From Vicugna vicugna (Eukaryota): a stretch of 64,000 bases of DNA. Positions 55,550 to 64,000 of the stretch are shown piece after piece. A program made the translations under genes and the position numbers. The DNA is taken from the NCBI GenBank assembly GCA_013265495.1, contig MU058423.1:3983061-4047060 (forward strand), in the 5' to 3' direction. How positions within the stretch are numbered: position 1 is the first letter of the stretch; each line of letters starts with the position of its first letter. The notes below the pieces were generated by a model. The model ran no database searches and had not been told where the DNA came from. It worked only from the letters and a program-made list of their open reading frames with translations.

Positions 55550-55689
55550 TTATAAGCACACTAATCCCATTCACGCGAGACCCATTCCCATGACCTCAGC
55601 ACCTCTCAGAAGCCCCACCTCCAGATACCATCACTTTAGGTATGAATTTTGGGGTAGGGAGCAAGGGACACAACATTCAGTCCATATCA
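55550..55689 (-). mobile_element. MLT1/MST-type LTR fragment
   Basis: cactaatcccattcac...catgacct...ccccacctccagataccatcac...gggacacaacattcagtccata. Confidence 0.75.
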
Positions 55690-55929
55690 AACAGGGAGTT
55701 TCTATTATTATAAACTCACATAAACACCCTATCCATCCAAAAGAGCAGCCTACTGGGTGTGCAGACCACGCATGCCCAACCGAAGCAGCAGAACAATGGG
55801 AGTTTGGAGGACTGAGTGCCCTCTACCTACTTCTTTGCTTGCATATCTTCCCCCCGGTAGTCCCTGCTTTCTCTCTGCCCCACGTGGCGCTGGTGATGTG
55901 TCCATGACTCTTCTATGGAACATCCAGGG

Positions 55930-56410
55930 AGGCCCAGTTGTGAAGGGAACACCTGAGCAAAGACTCAAGGAAGTGAGAGTGGGAACAGCTGGAGCAGGCG
56001 AAGGAGCACATACAACCTGTGCAGGGTGGCCAGAGCCAAGGAAGCAAGAGGAAGAGCTGCAGGGGTGGAGTCAGGGAGGTAAGGGAGGCCAGACTCTGAG
56101 GCTTTCAGACTTTAGCTTTTTCTCTGGGAGAAATGGGAAGGCATTGGAGGCGTTTAGGTAAAGGAGAGACAGGGTCTAAGTTTTAACAGGATGCTTCTAG
56201 CTTCTGTATAGAAACAGGAAGACCAGGTAGGAGGCTCATGCAGCAACCCAGGTAAGAAGTGCTGGTGGCCTGGACCAGCACGGAGCCAGACAGGTGACCT
56301 GTTGTGCGGGTGACCCAGCAGGACGTTCCGACACACCAGATGTGAGAAAAAACAGCGAGAGAGGATTTAAGGATGACTGAGGTTGTTGGCCTGAGCGACT
56401 GGAAAACTGG
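55930..56410 (-). mobile_element. L2 fragment (continuation)
   Basis: gagaaatgggaaggcattggagg...ggtggcctggaccag...aaggatgactgaggttgttggcctgagcgactgg. Confidence 0.7.
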
Positions 56411-59400
56411 AGACTTTTAGGGAAGGGCTCAAATGGAGCCTGAAGTCTGACAGTCATAGCATTCTCTATCCAAAAGTGGGTAATTTCTGTGTCTCTGTAT
56501 CATCTCTGAATGTGTCTGTCTCTTCACTAATCCATAAGTTCCTTTGAAGTCCAGTGCTCTGTCTTATCTGTTACATCTCCAGGAGCACCTTAGCACAGTT
56601 CTTAGCACATTAGTAGTTAACAAATGTCTGCCAATTAGTTTTAAAGAGTAAGGATTTAGCATCAAGTTCACATCTTGATAAACTGGATGCCTATAAATAA
56701 TCTGGAATCTCTTGAACTGTCCAGTGATCTACTTGTCCATAACAAGGAAGGCCCCATATTCATGTTTTCTTGTTACTGGCTTTGTATGTTTAGACTGTGC
56801 AGTACTGAATTCAAAGTAGCTATTTTTAAAATAATTCTAAATACAAGTTTTCCTTGTCATATCATTGAATTTTAGGTTAAAGATTTGTCCATTTACCAGA
56901 TGTCAGCATTCAATTAAATGAAACCAATCTGAATTATTCCTAGTTTTTTCAGTGACAACATATAAAATACACAATAAACACTATACATTTGAGGGAGACG
57001 GGGGAGCAGATACTTGATATTATGTCTATGAATGTTGCCGAGAGTCTCAGAAGACGACACAGCTAAGTTCTAAAATAAAGCCAGGTTCAGGATCACAAAT
57101 TTAAATTAAACATTCATTAAATTTTCAGCCTGTTCTCTGCTGCTGGGCCATCTGTAGACAGTCTCGGTGAGAAGAACCTTGCGGATCTCTCACCAGAGTG
57201 TCCCACCCAGGAACGGAGTTCTTCAGAAAAATCTCTGGGCCACTGCTGGGCCGGGAACTCAGGGATCACTGGATTGATGATGGTACCATTGGTCCAACTG
57301 CCTGACAGTTTTACTGACAACCCTTCGTCACACAAATGAGTGTGAACACATAGGGTTGTTACAACTGAAAGCTGAGCGTTAGGCAGTGTCTATCCCAGAG
57401 AATAATTAGCAAGTGCTTTGCATCATGTTTAGTTGTACGTGGAATGGATGATTAATTAGTAGTTCAAAAATAGTGATTTGATATCCAGTACCTTAAGGAA
57501 AAGTGTTGACTGAGCTTGGTCTCTGCCGTGTACATACTCGAAATGTTACTGAAAACTGAGTGGATTTTCATTGCTCATAAACATGACCAGCCTGATCAAG
57601 GCAGAGCACAGTCCTCCAAAGCAATGCTTAGTCAGCCTTGACAACAGAACTCTAGGCGTCAGATACCCATCTCCTTGTGCTTCGCTCTGCTGTGAACGCT
57701 GCGTTCCTCTTTTCACTGACATACTTCTGTGCCTCTGTCTTCTCAGTCAAGGCTCAGAACTGAATAATACTCACTCACGATTTGCCAGTCAGTTGATTAC
57801 AGCTATGCTGATGGCTTCTGTTTCAATTAGAGAACGTTAAACAAACAAAACCTGAAGTACACACTTGGAAAAGTTAGTAATATTTGATTGGACTTTTAAC
57901 AGTTCCTAATGAGAAATACTAAGTCACTAAACTGTGAGCCACTTACTAACGTTCCATGAACGTTAGCCCATTTGAGTGCCAGACATCATGTGAAAAATAG
58001 CCAGACTTGCCTGGGTGTGATGACGGTCTCTCTGAGTAAGGCTCTCCTTAGGACTAAGGAGTGGAAAGTATTTGAGGAAGAAGGAAAGTTAGACCCTTAA
58101 ATAAACCACGCAGTTTGCAGATGACTACTTCAATGAAAAAGGTCTCAACATAGATTTAATATTATCTCAGTGGAGACAGATATGAATAGACGTTCTTTGT
58201 CTCAAGAAGCTGCCTGATATAACGTGATGTACTGGCAGCAGGTGGGTAACTATGGCATTAGGTGGTGAAGTGAGTATTAGGCCAGGAAGTGAAAGGGATG
58301 GGGGATGAGAATCCCTCAACGTCCCCGTGTGAATGTCCTCAGCTGTTTCCAGGATATGTGCCTACTGATAATTCTTACATTCGTGACATCTTGGTATAGG
58401 AGGAGGAGTATGATGAAAACCTGTATCTGCATCTGTGTGTAGAAATAGGTGAATATATTCCAGCACGGACGTGAATGTTCTTCAGGTTAAACCACTCTGC
58501 AAAATACTTTTATCAAATACCTTATTGTGACATTGCTTACCCCTAGATTTAAATCCATACGTTCCCAGGGAAACATGTAACTTTATACTCTCGTCTCCAT
58601 AGGTGCCAGGCATTTAAATGCTGTTTTCCCAGCTTATAGGAATTAAAGACCCGAGGGCAGTGAAAACTGACGTATAGAAAGGGTGACAACAACAAGTTGT
58701 GCTACAGAGTATAGAAAAGTAGAAAGCATCTCTATCAGTCCTTACAATGTTTGGCTGAGAGCGAGGTACCAGGAGACAGGAGTCAAAGGTTAACAGGTTC
58801 CTCCTACAAAGACTGCTCAGGCCCGCAGCGTGGTCAGCGCCGTGAGACACACGGCGCTCAGACGCTGTGCAGCATCTCAGGGACCAAAAGCACAATCGCA
58901 GGAGTATCGCTGGTAGATTATGGCCCTCGGGGGTTGCAGGGAATAAGACCCGAACACATTTCACATTCTTTCCTTTGTGTTGTGCTGGCTTTTGCTGGAA
59001 GTCTTTTTGAGCAGTTAAGTGAGCAGAAGATGAGCTAAACGAACAGAAGATGGAAGGAGCTTGCAGAACTAAATGTCCCGCTGAGAGGCTAGTCCGTTCA
59101 GCAGTGCTTGGCACTGGGCCTGACCCTGCGGGGAGGCAGACGCGCGGTGAGAGCTGGCCCTTGCTCTCCAGAATCAACCGCTAACTGTAGGAACAGCACA
59201 GGAGCACGCACAGGAATCACACAGCAGAACCAGCCAGTGCGAGGGTGTGTGCGCCCAGCAGATGGCTAGAAAGGACGGAAAAGGGGGCGAGTGTTGTCTG
59301 ACTGGTCAGGGAAGCCGCATGGCAGGACCCGCGCTGAGCTCTGGAGACAAGGAGGTTAGGGTTCGTAGGGGGAAGGTGAAGGAGCAGCATTCCAGAACAA

Positions 59401-61180
59401 GCAGAAGTTCTGAGTTGAAACTGAAGCTGAGGGCATAGCGTGGGTGGGGTCATTAGGAAGGTGGTCTGAAGATGAAAAGAATTTGTGTAGGAAAGTGATG
59501 GGAGATTTGGTTAGGAAGGCAGGATATAGCCAGACTACAAATTGCCATGGAATTCAGGTCAAGAGTTTGGATTCTATAATTTAGGGAAAGGAATGAGTCA
59601 GTGTGTGGTGAGTAACTGAGAGGCGGTAGTCAGAACAGGATGGAAAGAAGTCGAAGCATGAGACCAGCTGGGAGGCAGCATCTTAGTCTAGAAATGGCTG
59701 AAGTACCTGAACTGGGATGGATGAGCTGAGGGTCTGGTGAGGGGATAACTTACATTTCAGAGGAAGAAGGGAGTGAAGAGAAAGAGCTGAACAGTATGAA
59801 CAGTATACTGACCTTGCAAGGACAGTTTGCAAAGAGAACACAGGAGTCATTAAAAAAAATAACACAAAGGTGGAAGGTTGAGCTAGATTACAGGAAGGAA
59901 GATGATGAGTTTGATTCCAGACAAGTTAAATTAGAGATAATGGTTATACTTCACGCCAGTGTCTTGAAAATAAGTGAAATCAAAGACTGGAGTTCACATG
60001 AGGAACTAAAGTGCATCTGAGCATTTGTTCCATTCCCTGGGGAAGACGTTAGCGTGAAGCTGACAGAGGAGCTGAGCCTAACCACAGGGGGAAAAGCTAG
60101 CATTCAGTTAAGATTATAATTTTTAGATAAAATTCAAGATGGTTCACATTATACGTACTTGACATGAGTACAAATGCTTGCAAGGCTTTTGGGGCTAAGA
60201 GAGAGAGGTAGCGCACTGATGTGATGTGTCTGGAACAGAGATTCACGTCCTTTGGTGAAGCATTATCCACGTTACGTCAGGAATCAGTATTTTAGAGAAA
60301 GATCATCTGATTTAATACATCTACCTGCTTTTGAGATTTAAATCTCATTTATTTGCGTTTTCCTGGATTTCTCATTTCTTCCTTCTAGAGTCAGCTTATC
60401 TTTTGTTATATTTGTAGGCTCTTGTCTTGAATTACCTTCATTAGAAATTTTGGGGAACTACTTTCTTCTTTGATTACTCAGTGGATAAATAGTCCCAGAG
60501 AGGGAATGAAGGATGGACCCTTGGAAAACAGGTCAAGGAGAAAATTCTAACACCTGCCAGAAGTAATGTGTAGAATGAGAAGCCCTGATTTAAGTTCTCA
60601 CAGACATGGGGTGGGAATCTTGGCACCAGGTTTTCTGCCAGTAGTAGAGTTTGGGTGCCATTTTCCTCATTAAACTAGAGACAGCATCCTCTTCTCTAGC
60701 AGTAGATATCACACAATCTCAAGGAAAACAAGAAACCAGTTACACTGCATGGCAATAAATGAGAGTTGTAATGGCACATACCCCACTGCATTAAAAAAAA
60801 AAAGTTACTTGGAAAATGCAATTAGAAAAGGACCTTGATTATCAACAACGATGTACTTCAGGGTAGGTCAAAAGTAAATATGTAAGGCCATTCATGAGAA
60901 AAGTATCGTGAACGCATCCGTGTACATACGGAGGCTCCAAGAACCACCGAACCCCTCCAGTCGCCTTGCCCAGTCTGTCGGTTCGTATCTGGGAACCCCC
61001 TTCATGAGCTCCTGCTATTCTCAGTATCTCTAGCATCCCTTCCCAACAAGAGTATTAACTTGGGAAGGATTCTGTGGCTCTCAAATCAAGCAGTGACCTG
61101 AAGAGAGGCAAACTACATTGTGGCCTCACTGTGGTTCGCTTGGCCTACTTTCACCTCGTCCTTGGTTACTGAGAGATTTT

Positions 61181-61640
61181 TGTTACAGTTTAGATTAAGT
61201 CCCTCTGCGAGTAACAGAAATCCAAAGACCGTTGGCTCAAACATGATTGACATGTATTTCTTTTTCCCATAAAGACCTGGAAGTACTAAGTCCAGGGCTC
61301 TAGAGAAGGGCAGGTCTTCTCTGCTCCATAACATTTTCAGTAACCCAGGTTCCTTCAAGCTCATCCTTAAGGCGAGGTCTGCCTTCTCATGAACCAAGGT
61401 GGCAGCTTTCACGTTCCAGACAGCAGAATGGAGCAAGGAAGCAGAAAGAAGGGTGAAGGCCTGTGCCTGTTGCCTTACCAGGAAAGGTACCCGAAGCTGC
61501 CTCATGATAACTTTTACTTACATCTCTGTAGCAAGAACTTAGTCACAGCCTTCCTTCTGGGCAAACACAGCCCAACCAAATAACCTGTTCCACGGATGAA
61601 TGGGAGAATAAATACTGGGAGAAAATCTGTAACCACGCCT
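61181..61640. mobile_element. Old MLT1J/K-like LTR
   Basis: ctgcgagtaacagaaatccaaa...ggctcaaac...gtccagggct...aaggtggcagct...gcaagaacttagtcacagcc. Confidence 0.6.
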
Positions 61641-61724
61641 TCCTTTTCCATCGCAGGGGCACCACGGTATCAGCAGGGAGTTTGAAAACTGTCAGTGGTG
61701 GTGCCTAAAACAGAGGGGTAGGTG

Positions 61725-61930
61725 CCGGGCAGCGCAGCGGCTAAGAGCCTGGACTCTGGAGTCACTCTGCCTGGGCTGGGATCTGGGTTTTTCTCAGATA
61801 TGAAGAAGAAATAGTATGGGTACCTTCGTCTGTGAGCTGTTGTGATAATTAAATAAAACACTGAATATAAAACACTGAGCCTGGCATCGAAGACTCCCAA
61901 ACCATTTGGTAATTATTAGCTCTTGTTATT
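61725..61930 (+). mobile_element. MIR SINE fragment
   Basis: cagcgcagcggctaagagcctggactctggagtca...gttgtgataattaaataaaac. Confidence 0.7.
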
Positions 61931-63221
61931 AAAACAAGTTTTTGAGCATCCAAATATGCAGAGAAGTGCTCTGTACATTCCTCCAGTTGGAGGCTATATT
62001 TACTTTCTTCTCCGGATGTAAGATTCAGAGTGGTGTACATTTTATTTCTGGAAATAAGCCAGTATGTGCATGCTTGGTTGGAGGGTGAGGGTGGTTCCTA
62101 CAGACTGAGTGATTTTCTTGAATTTTCAGTGGGCTCTGCATGTTTCACTGACACCACCCTGCAGGCTCTTTATATCAGTTTTGATGTGAAGCACCCTTTA
62201 CATTAAGAATTTACAGGATCCCCTTCTCCACTGAGGTAACAAAGTGAGGTTTGGATACCACATCAAGAGGAGAAGGCCATCTCGGGATGGAATGGGCGCA
62301 CTGTGTTCCCCTGTAAAGGGACAGCCCATCCTGAGTTGCAGAACTAATGTCAATCAGAATGCGAAAATCTGGCTCAATCTTCCTTTAGAAACGGTGACAG
62401 GAGACGAGGGGGTGAAAGCAAAGCTTGGTCTTTCAACTTTGATGTAACAATTTTCATAAGGTTCTAGACAGTGAAATTGCTGTGCTGAGATGTGTTTTGC
62501 CAAAATCTAAATGCTCTCTTGCTTCTCTCTCTCTCTCTCTAAGCCCCTTCTTTGTGCTGTGGGTTTTCTTTTGTAGCTCCTCCAGGCTCCAGCTTTGTCC
62601 CCCACTCTCCCACTCCTTTCTGGTCAGGTACTGCTCTGCTGCTTTTATGTGTCTGTTCCACTCGCTTTTGTTTGCAAATAAAAATATCCCGACTTCCATG
62701 TGGCTTCTCATATAGATCCATCTCCTCGCCAAGCAGCCCCTGGCGTCACGTCCTCGCCATGCGCTTTCCCCGTCTCCGTCATCAGGTCACCGTCTGTCCT
62801 GACACCCTGCTCCCCTGGCTGTGCGTGTGTGCTCATGCTGTGTATCTCAGTCAGACGTTCTCCGCTTCATCAGTTGGAAGGCGTGCAGGGCCGAGAGGAT
62901 AAAGGGGGGCTGAAGCACTCTGTAAAACGAGCTTTCGTGGAGATCAGAAAAGCCAATGTTCATGTATTTCCATGAAGAAAATAAATAGACCCAAAATCCC
63001 AACTTTTGCCTCCAAATCTAAGAGTAAAATTTAGTCCGCTTTGCTTTAAAGGCAGAACATGCCGTCAGTTTGAGCACCAGCATTCTGCCTAGATGTCGGT
63101 CATTAGCCAGAGAATGTAATGGCTGTTTATGTGACACACAGAGAAGTACATGATGGCTAGATAAACTGTGTTTCCTTACAGATTTTTAAAAATTAACCTG
63201 TAAGTCCCAGTGGAATAATAC

Positions 63222-63345
63222 AAGTTAGGACTAGAAGGCCCTTAGGAGTCACCTAATATGACCTCTCATTTTACAGGCGAGAACAACATGGCCCAGAGGG
63301 GTTATAGGGATCTGTGCAAGGGCGCGCAGTGAAGCTGGAGAGGGG
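63222..63345 (-). mobile_element. MIR SINE fragment
   Basis: ctctcattttacaggcgagaacaacatggcccagaggggttatagggatctgtgcaaggg. Confidence 0.6.
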
Positions 63346-64000
63346 TTTTTCCATCACCGGGGTGTTTTTATGTGCACGACTCTTAAGAGTTGTGCCCCAG
63401 TAATGGGATGGTTTTCCGTAAGAAAACTATGAAAGTGCTTTGTGTCTGAACAGTGAAATAAAATGTCCTATTTTCGCTCCCTTTACAGTTCTGAAATCTA
63501 CAGCGTTGCTATTCGTTTATCTTATGATGGACACCTGGAGACTAAAAAAAAAATTCTGTCACTGCAAAGCCCTGAAAAATAGGCCAGAGCTCCCTGTCTC
63601 CAAGCGGGCAGGCTCTTCTGGAGTGCCATGGGTCCTAACTGCAGCTGCCCTGGCACGGGGAGCTGTTAAAAACCCAGATGGGCAGCTTTTAGCTTTATTT
63701 CTTGTTCTTATACTTCAGTTCCTCTGCCATTTAAGGTTTATAAATCCTCACCAATCCCAAGTGAGTGATTCTCAGAATCACTGAACATGTAATAGAAAAC
63801 ACTTTATAACCCCAAGGAGCAACAGGTAGAGAAGTAAATATAAAATGTGTCATGAAACACTAGAGGTGAACACAGGTACAGCTCAAGCAGAGTTTGCCTT
63901 TCAAGACAGGGCAGGTGAGGGCAGGAAGGTGATTAGCTCCTTTCCTACCATAAAAAATAATAATAATAAATAAATCTGAATATAGCAGGTGAATGTCGTG

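Noticed and set aside
58614..59177. Longest ORF (187 aa, minus) and similar ORFs at 39460-39987, 10942-11445, 2138-2605
   Set aside because: No recognisable domain, composition typical of translated non-coding GC-rich DNA, and no splice or codon support.

Overview
Eukaryotic (mammalian) intron-rich DNA, not microbial. The window holds six internal coding exons of VAV3 on the + strand (3026-3162, 27568-27633, 33008-33042, 36950-37066, 37637-37724, 43414-43543; probably exons 20-25 in human numbering, from memory). All are bounded by AG/GT with consistent phases and together encode the N-terminal SH3, the SH2 domain and the linker before the C-terminal SH3. The rest is intron filled with old and lineage-specific repeats (L1, L2, MIR, MLT/MaLR LTRs, Tigger, MER). 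Two tRNA-derived SINEs resembling camelid vic-1 suggest a camel/alpaca genome (inference). The most unusual feature is a ~710-bp DNA transposon at 8354-9065 with long imperfect terminal inverted repeats, a 9-11-bp target-site duplication and a decayed C-terminal Mutator (MULE) transposase (PRTNNRVE..HN..HPSIWK). I could not assign it to a named mammalian family. Other points of interest: inverted same-family L1 copies bracketing five VAV3 exons, an in-frame alternative acceptor before the first SH2 exon, a twin-primed 5'-inverted L1 and a G-rich 30-bp minisatellite. Repeat family names come from recognition by eye, not from a database search.
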